The notes under the pieces were generated by a model. That model saw only the letters and a list, made by a program, of their open reading frames with translations. It made no database searches and was not told where the DNA came from. 64,000 nucleotides of DNA from Octopus sinensis (Eukaryota), in the NCBI RefSeq assembly GCF_006345805.1, contig NC_043006.1, forward strand, positions 6,076,001-6,140,000. The letters are read 5' to 3'. A program made the position numbers and the translations under genes. Below, one piece after another: positions 38,307-51,000 of the stretch. Every line of letters starts with the position of its first letter. Positions within the stretch are counted from its first letter, which is position 1.

Positions 38307-38627
38307 TATATATTCGTATATAAGGTGAGTAAGACTGTATGTATATATATATATATATATATACATGTATATTTGTATGTATAAATGTCTAGATATATAT
38401 GTATGCAGGCATAGATCTATGTGTATATGAGGATGAAGTTGCGTGCACATATACATGTGTGTGTGTGGATATATGAATGAGTACGTACGTATGTAGACAT
38501 TATGAATGCAGGAGGTTATATGTCTATGTATTGTGAGAATATGGTTGCGTGCATTTTTTCTTTTATACTTTTTCCTACCTATTAGAGTAACTTCCCTTTT
38601 ATTCAACGTTTTTTTCATAACATCTAA

Positions 38628-38700
38628 TGCAATTAATATCTGATGAGAATGCATCATAACTCATAGCCCCGGCATTTGAAACTCTGAGTACTATCATGAC
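38628..38700 (+). ncRNA. Penelope-associated hammerhead ribozyme fold (canonical core, decayed stem I)
   Basis: CUGAUGA (38640-38646), stem II GAAUGC/GCAUUU, GAAA (38678-38681), ACUCUGAGU and a GUA triplet ending at 38690. Confidence 0.65.
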
Positions 38701-38722
38701 AACATACTGATTGTCCTAAACT

Positions 38723-38758
<36 letters not shown>

Positions 38759-41135
38759 GATATGCATTTTTACAAATGGGTATCTGTTGTAGACTTTGGA
38801 TTAGTTGCTTACTCTGAGTTTCTTCCAGTTTTAGGAAGAAAAATAAAGTTAGCTAAGTCGATATTTGAATGCTGAACTAGAACTAGATACCATACACCAC
38901 TGCATCCGGTCATCTACTGACCCAGCTTTCTCTGCCGCAGACACTATCTTCTTACACCATGTTTCTGGTATTTCAGTTCAAGGATATTAACCAAAACTTT
39001 ATTTTCATTTTACAAGAATATACCTTCAAGAACATTTCCTTTATCCCGGGTGTGCAAGTATTTTGAAAATACCTCACAACCGTGACAACCGTGCCCTGCA
39101 TAGTTATGGGCTGCCCTCTGGCAAGGCACAGCACCCGTTCGGCCACCTTGCCAGGGATACAGCGAAGTCATGGGACTACAGCATGGACAGATTGTGAAGA
39201 GGTAGCAGAAGAGCTCAACTGAGCCAATGGTGCTTCTTCCATTGATGCTGAGCAGAGGAATCTTCCAAGATCAATGGTCAGGATTACCAAACACCATCAA
39301 GAGAGTAACTGCAACGCATCCATAGGAGTGGAGGCCATGGTTGTGTAGCTAGCTAATGAAAAATTCACTATGAGTCAAGATCCCAATTCGAATTCATAAT
39401 AATGGAATTGGATGGCAACAGTCATAGGAATCCACGGAAGCAGCAAAAGAAGATATTCATTCTGGAGGTAATTTTTCTTCTACATTTCCTTTGTATTTTA
39501 ATGCTTTCTGGTCTCCTTTAAACCAAAATTTTAAAACATTTTGCAATAATATTTACACATGATGGATGGAACAAGAAAATGAGAGATGTGTTAAGTAAAA
39601 ATATCCAACCAAATGCTCTTCCAAACACAAACCAATGTACCAGGAAGCAAAAAAACAGTTATTTGATGTTATCATGAAATCACATCATCCTCAGGGTAAG
39701 CGTTAGTAATATCAGATGTGTAAGTGTTTACAGTATGAAACCACACTGGTGTTAGAATCTGTATGGTTCATTATTATTTTTCACATACGAAAAAAAAAAG
39801 AATTAATTAAATAAATTGAATGTTTTAAAAATAAGAAATGATTATAAGAGAATGATTTGTTTAATTGAAATAATGCTTTAAGCATGTAGTACAGATGATG
39901 TTTAGAGAAGAACTGGTCACTGGGAGAAGACTTAAAGACAGAACTCACACACACACACACACACAACATCATCAAACAGAGATTCAGTTTAGAAAAATAA
40001 ATAAATCACAAATATTGCCAGCACCACATAAAACATACATGGGAAGAGAATAAATAGATTCTATACATGACACATATTTATGACAGCTTGCAAAGAAAGC
40101 TGTTATACATATGCGGCAGTACTTTATACACAACTCTAACACCAACATGTATTGAGTACTTTTCTGGTTTTTGTATTAATAATATAAATAAACAATACAT
40201 ACATGCATACTTACATACATATGTATGTATGGACACATGTATATATACAGGATATTTTATCCAACAAATCTGATGAAGACCTAGTAACTGTGAAAATATT
40301 TTTTTAAATAAAAGAGAGAAAAAAAAGAATAAAACACAAGATGAAGATGCAAAAAGTTATCCGTTGGTGAGAAGTGAAAGCACAAACTTCAAATCATAGG
40401 GCACTTTAACAGGAGATGCATCCATGCACAGGACCATTATCATTTAATGCCAGCATGGGAAATGGATGTATGATGATGATGATGATACATACACACACAA
40501 ACAAACTATAATCTGTAACACCTACACTCAAAACTAGTGATATGAAATTGTGTGTAACATTAACACTGTGTAAAATAAAAAAAAAATGAGCATTCATCTT
40601 GTTATTCTTTTCTCACACAGTAAATTGAGTAAATTGTCCTGGCATATTTCAATGTTGGTTGACATGTGTCCAGAAAACAAGCACTTCTCATGTCTTTGCC
40701 TTCTAAGAGAACTTCATAGCAGTTACTATTTATATCAGTTACAAACTAGTATTTAGCTGAAACAGCTAGAAGTAATTTGCATATTAGACATTAGTTGGCA
40801 ACATGATTACACAGTTTCATTCACAAACAATGTGTACCAGAAAATTTAAGATAAATTTAATGTAGTTCTCTTGAGTTTCCTAATACACACTTTTCACAAT
40901 AGAGATAATATCTAAGCTCCCTCTCTTCCTTTCTATCTACCTCTCTCTATATATATATATATATATATATTATGACTTTTATAATTTGTATTCTTATCTT
41001 ATATGTATTGAATTATAAGATATATATGTATGCTATTAAGGTTCTCATTTTGTTAAATGAATAAATAATTCAACATTCTAATATCCGAAAGTTGATGAAC
41101 AAACCAAATTTGTTTCTCCATTTTCTTATTTGTAT

Positions 41136-41204
<69 letters not shown>

Positions 41205-41494
41205 CAACAAAACAATATGATAAAAAAGAACTCAATACATGAGGTCGAATTAAATATTTATTGTAAAAAAACATTGATAGTGACTTTGAAGTTTCACTAA
41301 ATCTATTTTAAATCAATTTTGGCAAAACTTTGAAGACACTGTCACCGTTTTTAAATAAATATGTACACACACACACACACACACAAAAGCACATGCACAT
41401 ACACACAAACACACATAATTTGAAGTTTACATAATATTTCAATAAATATACAAATCAGCCAGTGAATGTTTGTGTCAGTTTCTGAACAATATGG

Positions 41495-41615
41495 TGTTAA
41501 CATAGCACAAATTAGCATATGTTAACATAGCACAAATTAACATATGTTAACATAGCATAAATTAACATACGTTAACATAGCATAAATTAACATACGTTAA
41601 CATAGCATAAATTAA
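41495..41615. repeat. 25-bp minisatellite, about 5 copies
   Basis: Unit (T/C)GTTAACATAGCA(C/T)AAATTAACATA. Confidence 0.9.
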
Positions 41616-42052
41616 AAGCAAACAATAAATAAAAAAAAACAATTTCAAAATTAACAAATTTACGCTTTGATCAATTAATATTATATTTGTACAGTTTTTT
41701 TCTCTGTTCTTTTTTTTTTCCCCTTCTTCAAACTGTTTCTAACAAATAAAAAAAAATATATAAAATCGTAGATATAGGATCCGAATTAAGGACGTCACTG
41801 TCAGAATCATGTTTTAATAATGTACAGTTATAAAGTTATAAAAACAGTTATAATGTACGCACAGATCCTATGCCATAGGGAGAGGAAAAAATTAACAAGT
41901 TTTTCTTTCAAGATAGCATGAGATGATTCAAAGAGCATTTATCACGATAGCAAGCTATCAACAGTTTCAAATAGGAAGTAAATATTGCCAGACAGTATTC
42001 AGAATATGCATAGCTGTGTATGGAGCAAAGTAGTTATTACACACATTTCTTG

Positions 42053-45000
42053 CTAGAGTGGTTTGCTTTGACTGTTCTGTTTAGAAATTTCTTCATTCTG
42101 CTTATTTATTTCTTGGTCAGTCATAAATGCTCGCATCTCTTCTGGTGACGACTGCCATATTCTGCGAGACTGTGCTTCATCAACATTATCAATTCCTCTA
42201 ATACTTTGTCGATGGTTCAAATCATGAATGTACAGGGCACTTAGCCCCATCTCCACTGAAGCCACTTCCAGGCCCTGCTCCAATCCGTTTGTTTGCAGAT
42301 GAGGTACCACTGATGTGTCAGAATTAACTCCTGAGCTTGCGAAACCTGTCACATTACTTGACCATGGGAAAAGGGGACCCTCACAACTTGCAACAGCCCC
42401 TTTTACTCGGGCTCGTAGAGAATTAATTGATAAACTTGCATTTCCTAAATGGCTTGGATAACCAACTGAAAGGGCAGGTTGAAGTCCAGGTGAAAATCCA
42501 GACAGAGGTCCAAGAGAAAAGCCAGATTGCAGACCAGGAGAAAACCCAGCATGAGGACCAGGGGAAAATCCAGACTGTGGACCAGGGGAAAATCCAGACT
42601 GTGGACCAGGGGGAAATCCAGACTGTGGACCAGGGGAATAACCAGACTGTGAGCCAGGAGGAAAGGCTAATTGGGGGCCAGTTCCTTGTCCAGGAAGAGG
42701 ATCGAGTGACTGTCCTGGTTGTCCAGATGGAATACTGTTTAGTCCAAAACTGGAATACTGCAAAAAATAGAAACATATTTTAAGTATATATTTTCAAAGA
42801 GCATCTTATAAATTTTGATTTGTGAATAAAGAATATCTTACTAAAAGTATGTATTTTAAATAATTTTTTTTTATTACTAGAACCTAATGCAGCTCTTGGC
42901 CTTGCAAACTCCTGTCAAACTATCCGATCCATGCCAGCATGGAAAAGAGACATTAAATGACAATATAAAGGAAAAGAGACAATATTCTAAGATGTTTTCC
43001 TAATATGTATTACTTATATTTTAGTGATAATATGAAATTTACTTGGTCATACAGGACTACAACAATATGCTAGAATATTAATGTTGCATAAATTGTGAAA
43101 TATATAGTGAAAAAATTGTTACTTACATAGCCTAGTCCTCCTAAAACACTGTCTTTACTAATACCAGTGCCGGCTAAATAATGGAATGGATTCAAAGGTG
43201 GATTATCTAGAGGCGTCATGCTCAGGGAGGCAATATCACGTATCGCTGCAGTAAGAGAAAATATCACATAAAAAAAAATTATTATAAAGATACAGCTACA
43301 ACAACAGGAAATATCAGATACAAAGAGGCAAGATCATTTATAGGATGCAATGGTATATAATATTGAGCATAAGGTAAATGCCAAACAGCAAACTTCAAAT
43401 AGAATGTGACTATGAAGCAAACAAACAGAATATAAATATATAAGTCGCCGTCGTCGCCAGTGTCGCTGGACTGGCTCCCGTGCAGGTGGCACAGAAAAAG
43501 CACCATTTGGGTGTGGCCATTGCCAGTACCACAAAACTGGCCCTCGTGCCGGTGGCACGTAAAAGCACCCACTACACTCTTGGAGTGGTTGGCGTTAGGA
43601 AGGGCATCCAGCTGTAGAAACTCTGCCAGATCAGATTGGAGTCTGGTTCGCCAGCCCTCAGTCAAATCGTCCCAACCCATGCTAGCATGGAAAGTGGACA
43701 TTAAATGATGATGAAGTATGAGGCAAACTCCAAACAGAACATGACTGTTTGTCCTTATCTGAAGTTGTGAGGGTGGTATATTAAAATGTTCTGAACCACC
43801 TTTCACAAAGACATTGGCAATATAAACAATATAAATTTAAGTGGCTAATGTCTTTGGAAAAACTGTAGATATCACAACATCTTCATGCACATAAAATATA
43901 AGAAATTATGCCAATATAAGAAATTAATATAAAATATCAGACAAAACTGGTCTTTACCAAACATCAGTTGTTAGTTGTCAGAGCACTGCATCCTTCAAAA
44001 CTTCCATGCTTCATGAGATTCGCCAATGCTACACCTGATTTTCTCCCCTCCATACACACGCAAGCATGTATCTGACTCATACACTGTTCACTTCCCAGAC
44101 ATTTGTGCATTACTGCATATACTTTATATGCACTTTTGACAAATTGTGGTGCACCTGAGCACTGTATACAATGATTTCATTATTATTATTTTTATTATCA
44201 TAATAAAACAGAAGATATTTTACTTCCTATAATTTGCATCAGCTTCCAGAAGTTTTGCATTTTTTCTCATTACCATAATCTGACAATACATTTTACATTA
44301 CTTTGACTGAAACTAATATACTGTTTGATATTTTTTTTTAATTGCTGCACCTGAAATATACTAGTGTACCAAAACATACCTCTGAATATAATATCACCAC
44401 ACATCATCTTATCTCTTAGTACTTCCTCCTAGGTAATCTCACACCTCACAAGAGTAGAAAGTATCACCCACATTAGGTACTAACAATTTGAGGAAAGATG
44501 TCTTATAATTAGTAACCATGAGGGAATGAGCGATGGGGTTAACAAAAACAAATGGAGTACCAGGCTAAATGTATTACAGTATTTGCATATATCTTTCTTT
44601 AGTTCACAAATTCAAACAAGCCTCAATAAAATATGTACTAGTTATGTACCAGGGTTCAATCATTTAACCATACCACTTTTCCTAAAAAGTAACTTCGTGT
44701 ATATTTCGTTTTGGGATTTGGTTTGCAAGATTCTTTATATGAGTTCGTGTGTTGAAGCATATTCTATTGTGTCTGGGGAGAGTCATTTTCTTTTTGTGCC
44801 TTATAATATAACACACTCACCGGTAAAATTTCCACGTTTTACCTATTTTTATTGCCCTAAAAGAGAGTCAAAACTATTGAAAAGGTTGTAAGACACAACA
44901 AAAATTTTAGGACAATAAAAATAAGAAAAACGTGGAAATTTTACCAGTCAGTCTGTTACATAATAAGGCACAAAAAGAAAATGACTCTCCCCAGACACAA

Positions 45001-48000
45001 TAGAACTTTGTGTATAGTTAAAAGAAATCAACTTGGTGAGTAAGAGGTGACGTTGGCTCTTTGTTAAGACGGCACCACAACAGTAGAATGGTCAGCAAGA
45101 AGATTTACATAAACAGGTACTCAAAGACTCTCTACACGATCAGCAAATTTATAGAACTTACCTTGCTCTCTGAAGCCTGTCAAAAAGGAATTACCATTCT
45201 CTGGAATTTTCCAGCCAGGATTTGTCATCTAAAAGTAGTTGGTAAGGAAACAACACATTGAAAATATCTGTGAACTCAGTCAATACATATTTAGTACAAG
45301 AAAGAACAGTGTTGGTAAACTAATAGCATTTTCGTTAGGTTCAAGATGACAGAATTATGAGTGGAATAGGATTCTTTAACCCTTTGGCATTCAGATTATT
45401 GTGTCAAATGTAAAGCTTATGTATTCACACCATGTAAAATTAATCTTGCATCATTTCATGGCTTTGAGATTTCAATGATGTGATTCTTTATTTTTAAAAT
45501 GACACAATAAGGTAGCTATGAATGACCATATCTGACTAGTTTGAACAAAAAAGCCAGTAGAATATTTTGGCCAGATATGGCCGGTTTAAACACTAAAGGG
45601 TTAAAAGATAACAGCAGTGATTTTGTTGTTCTTTTTATTTTTAAATTCATGAAATCTAAAGAAGAGAACCAATGTCAACAGGACTTACAAATCCTTCAAT
45701 CAAGAAATACTCACCCTGAAATGAATGAGAGACAGCTCTGTCTTTGAATCTTCAGCTTGTTGGTAGTGAGTCCTTTCTACTTTCTTGACAGTATTCAATA
45801 ACTGAACAATAAAAAAATGGACAAAATATTCAGAAAAATGATTATTCTTTTAAATATTAAAAAGAAATTGAAGAAGAATAAAAATAATAAATGAAGAGCA
45901 CTCTTGAATATTGCATGCTATTCAATCACAAATCCACCTTGCAAGAACTGACAATGATTCTAGGTAGAGTAACTCACACTGAATAGAGTATCCTATTTGA
46001 AGATAAAACAAAATGCTTGAAACAACTATGAGCTGATAATCCCTGATCTATTACACTGATAATCTCAGATTTCTTCAGTTTTGCTCACAGATTTTTTAAT
46101 TATTTTTTTTTAAGTAAACAGTTTGAAACTTCGTATACTGGTGTAATTTCTCATGCTGAACATGGTTTACTTTCAACATTTTTGACAAAATTTCATATTT
46201 TAGAAGTTATTTCATGTTGAAGTTGTCATATTTGGGTAATTTTAACCAATCAACGGCATGTATTCAGCTGAAGAAAGCTACTGCTGTAATCAAAGAGCAA
46301 CAACTAAATGTCACCATTCTGTTCTATTCTATTTTTATTTACTGACTGTGTAGCATATTAAACACTGTTCTTGTTTTTGCTTTTTTTTTTTGCTTTTTGA
46401 TCACCTCTTTGAAATGCAAATGTACAAAGAGGCAATTGAAAAGCAAAAAAACAAAGTGTTTAATAAGCTACACAATAAGTAAACAAAAATAAAATAGAAC
46501 AGAGTGGTGACATTTAGTAGAGATGACCCGGAAGTTGTTGCTCTTTGATTACAGCAGTAGCTTTCTTCAGCTGAATACACGTCGTTGATTGGTTAAAACT
46601 ACCCAAATATGACAACTTCAACATGAAATAACTTCTAAAATACGAAATTTTGTCAAAAATGTTGAAAGTAAATCATGTTCACCATGAGAAATTACACCAG
46701 TATACGAAGTTTCAAACTGTTTAGTTAAAAAAAAAATTATTAAAAAACCTGTGATTGAACCTGAAGAGATTCATAATCTTTGACCTCATGTCTTGATAAA
46801 CCCTGATCTGATGAGACACATCACACTACTTCCAGTAAAAAGGAAATCTTTTCCTTTCTAATGAACAGTAATTATTCATCTAAGTATATTTGGAAGTGAC
46901 TTTTCCATACTAGCATCCGTGAGATGAATTTCATGAATGTTAGCACTTTAACATTGATGGAACAATTGTTTTTACAGATGAATACCTTTCTTACCACTCA
47001 CCTGAAAAGTAAAAATGGAAACTAGGAACAAAATGGAAGCAAGTGGATGTGTGTGTGCCTTTTCGTCATCAAGAGCAGAACAAAATGATTATAATAAAAT
47101 TTGAACACATGGTAATATATGGTCAGTAAGCAAACATCTTAAATTATCGGTCATTCTGCTGTATGTAATGCAATGAAAAGAAGTAACGTTACGAAGACAG
47201 AGAGAGAGAGAGAAATTGTCCGAACCTGAGTGTTTCCATGTTTCTTGACATCCATTTGAGCAAATGAACAGACATCACCAACACCAACAACATCAACAGT
47301 GAAGTTACGCATAAAGTCAACAATTTCAAGAGATTTTGGTCGTATCCAGAAAAACAAGATGATGGGAGTAACAATCGGGCTGAGAAGTTCTTCAATAAGA
47401 TAAACCTAAAAAAAGGAAGAATTATGGGGAAGAATATACATACTGACCAGATATTTACTCAAAACAACATATCCCCCAATATCATTTGGAATATATTTAT
47501 TTCTTTATTGCCCACAAGGGGCTAAACATAGAGACAGACAAGGACAGACAAACGGATTAAGTCGATTACATCGACCCCAGTGCGTAACTGGTACTTATTT
47601 AATCGACCCTGAAAGGATGAAAGGCAAAGTCGACCTCGGCGGAATTTGAACTCAGAACGTAACAGCAGACGAACTACCACTAAGCATTTTGCTCCGCGTG
47701 CTAACGATTCTGCCAGCTCGCCGCCCTAAATATATTAAAGAAACAACTAATTTGATACATTATATATGATTATAAGAAAAGATAAAAAGGGAGTTATAAT
47801 CAATTTACTGAAAAATATTTTGTAGATTCAAAGTATGCTTGAAATGGGAATGGTATCATGTTGACACCAGTTGCAAAGGATTAGGAGCATAAATGCTACA
47901 ACCTGGAATCAAAAGTTTCAAAGTTGGCTCGTTAAAATGTTAGGCCAATTATAAATTAGATATTTATCTTTAATTTTCAGACACACTTTATTTTAATTTT

Positions 48001-51000
48001 AACAGCAAATGTTTAGAGATGGTTATAGGTTATAAATAAAATTAGATAATCTTTTCCTTAGCCAAGAGGTATTAGAATAGTTACTAATTAATTTGTGGTA
48101 ACCATTTATATCAACAGTCTTTTGATTTTAATTCATTAGTGCTAATGAAAATTTCTTCCATTAAACTTTATAAAGCATGTACCCAAAAGGTGGAGTATTA
48201 CAAGTCAAACTATTACAAAATGTAGAATGTTATTTTTTCTTTACCCAATATATACGGTCGTATGTAAGCTGTTAAGTTTCCCACAAAATGAAATATGACC
48301 AATATTCAGCAAATACACTAAGAAGTTGAGGGTTTCAAATCTTAAACTCCCTCAGTAAAAAATTCACATCTATGAAATATCTCAGTATTCCACAAGGTAT
48401 ATAATTAACACAATACTCCAAACTAAAAGACTTTTCACAAGCTTCAATGTACCACTGACAAAATGTTGATTTTTTATCATTCTCACAATGCAGTGTACTG
48501 ACAGATAGTCTTTATGATGGATAATTCAGTGCAATTAGATTACACACTCAATTAGATTACACTTAGATGACACACTCAAAAGATGTGTTTTTATAAATGA
48601 AATTAATGACAAATAGAAAAACATTTTTCATTATCATGATGAAAAATGTTTCTCACAAAGAAATAAATGATTATTTTGGGAGTTTTTTTTTTATATTTTA
48701 GAAAGTAATTTTTTTTTTATCTATGTCATTAATTTCATTATAAAAAACATCTTTCAGCACACAAATGTGGTTTTAGTTTGCTGTTCTGGTTTACACATGG
48801 AGTCGCCATTTGATGTTTTGCTCAAAATTGTTCACTCAAGGATCAAAGTATTAAAGAAATCCCACAAAAACACTTCTTTCTCTTTGTTTTTGCATAATTT
48901 GAGTATGAAACATATCAAAATGCATTTTGTGGATTCCATTCCATAACTTTGATACAGAAGCAATTCACTCACGTATTAATAAAATATAACATTCCTATGA
49001 CACATATAATTAGTGCAAATGTATAATAATAATAATATGAAAATCAAAAAGAAACTTACAAATCGGTACTGGAACAACTGAGCAAATTCGTCTCTGACCC
49101 AGTTGGTATGAGCATTACATTTCCAATTGTCTGGCATATAATGGATCTGACTAAGAATGGCTCGCATCAACACTTCTGGGTTGTATACTTCATGCTGTAA
49201 AAGATAGGAAATATCATGAAATAGATTCATAGGTCCATTGTCACTTCCAGGAATAAATAATATAATAATATAATAATAATAATTGTGTACAGTGCTCAGG
49301 TGCACTACAACTCATCTAAAGTGTATATATAATCAGGTGTAGTTTCGGCGGATTGCGGAAAGCATGAGGGCCTTAAAGGATGCAGTGTCATGGCAGTCAA
49401 CAACTGACGCAGGCAGTTTATTCCATGCTTCGGCAACTCTGAGCGTGAAAAAATGTTTCCGAAAGTCATGGGAGCTGTGTTGTTTTCTGACTTTGTAGGC
49501 ATGTCCACGTCTGTTAGACACATGGAGATCAAAAAGGTGTTCAGTGTTGTTGGTGAGGTGGTTGATAACTTTGTGGGTGTTTACCAAGTCCGTGACTTGT
49601 TATGTTCTTATGATGCTACCATCAATACATTGGACATTTTCAACAGTTAAGCCCCTTACCTAAGTTGGAAAAGAGGAAAACTGGGTTTAAGAGGCATCAG
49701 ATGTTGTGTGCAAGAGAGGAGACCTTGCTGGTTTGGTCATGTGATGCATATGGATGAGGACAGCAGCGAAAAGAAGTGTTGAGCTCTAATTGTGGAGGGT
49801 ACCTGTGGAAGGGGCAGATCCATGAAGTCGTGGGGGAAGGTGGTGAGAAAGGATCTTCAGATGCTGGGCCTCACTGAGGAAATGACAAGGGACCAAGAGA
49901 TGTGGTGATTTTCTGTAATTGATAAGATGGGGCATGCTAAGTAAAACTGCTGTCTTCCACACATACGGGCTTGTCCCTTCAGGTGCTGGGGCCACATAAA
50001 AAGCACCTATGCTGGTGCTGCACATGTGCACACATGCCAGTGGCACGTAAAAAGCACCCAGCACACTCGTTTAAGTGGTTGGTGTTAAGGGCATCTAGCT
50101 GTAGAAACCACGCCACAACAGGCAATTGGAATCTGGAAACTCCAGTTGGCTTAAATATTATTAACCCTTTCGTTACTGAATTTATTTTGAGATGCTCAGT
50201 GTTTCTTCCAATTATGTTAAATATAACAAAGAATTAAGTAACATCGTTATCATTAAGCTAGAGTTAGGGACATAAATTGTGACTAAGGTTTGGTGGAAGG
50301 TTTTAATTCAGAACTTTTGAAAACCAGACATTTGTACTAAAGAGCCAGAGCCAGTTTCAGCCGGGTTGGTAACAAAAGGGTTAAGAATGTAGAAATTTTG
50401 AAATTATAAAATTGGCAAGAAGAAAAACAAAATAGAATAATTTTAGACATTACCTCAGGTGGAATCATGCTGTGTAAGGTGGCAGTGAGAAAACCTGTTG
50501 GAAGAAAAAGGAGAGAATGAAATGACAATCTGAATCCTACAACAATGAAATTAACTTTTCACGCTTTACAAATATCAGTAATAATAATAATAATAATAAT
50601 GTTCGTCCTTCGGGTTCGAAGATGACCATTGACATCATTTGGTGGAATTGCTGCTATGAGACCGGAGGTGGCTGGTGAGGCCAATCCGGGCAAGAAAGCC
50701 CCTCGCACAGGTGAGGCAGAAGTGGGTAGGGACTGTGCTATTGGTGCAGGTGGCTCTGGCTTTCTGCATCTGGCGTTTCTGTTCTGCTGACTGAATCCGT
50801 CTCTCCTCGGCTGTCTTTGCTCCTGTGGTGATTGCACTGTGCCAGGATGAGCGGTCGGCAGCAAGTGTCTCCAAGTCTCTGTAATATGTCAGGGATTGAC
50901 TAAAATTGGGATACTAGATGTTGCTCAGTAAATTCCATACAGTTACCATTGCAATCATGCTAGCACCAAAGATATTTCTAAATTTCCCAAGAAGCATCAA

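Larger units (their letters stand above)
34125..38720 (+). mobile_element. 5'-truncated Penelope-like element with inverted pseudo-LTR, interrupted by a younger retroelement
   Basis: GIY-YIG C-terminal remnant at about 37636-37930 (KLSSQIWFLKEQG...WKTLAKCKPYTNGSGKCGLCDMERWLI, then NSRNELFGSCPH after a frameshift). 34202-34677 plus 37477-37575 is an inverted copy of about 38300-38720, which carries a hammerhead fold. Confidence 0.8.

Noticed and set aside
42423-42783. ORFs with DQGKIQTV and FPWSTVWI repeats
   Set aside because: They are antisense and alternative-frame shadows of the 24-nt ATG9 coding repeat.
44224-44279. Possible extra ATG9 exon (IMVMRKNAKLLEADANYRK)
   Set aside because: Its phase is incompatible with the flanking phase-1 junction, which already joins 45162 to 43245 in frame; in the required frame it contains a stop.
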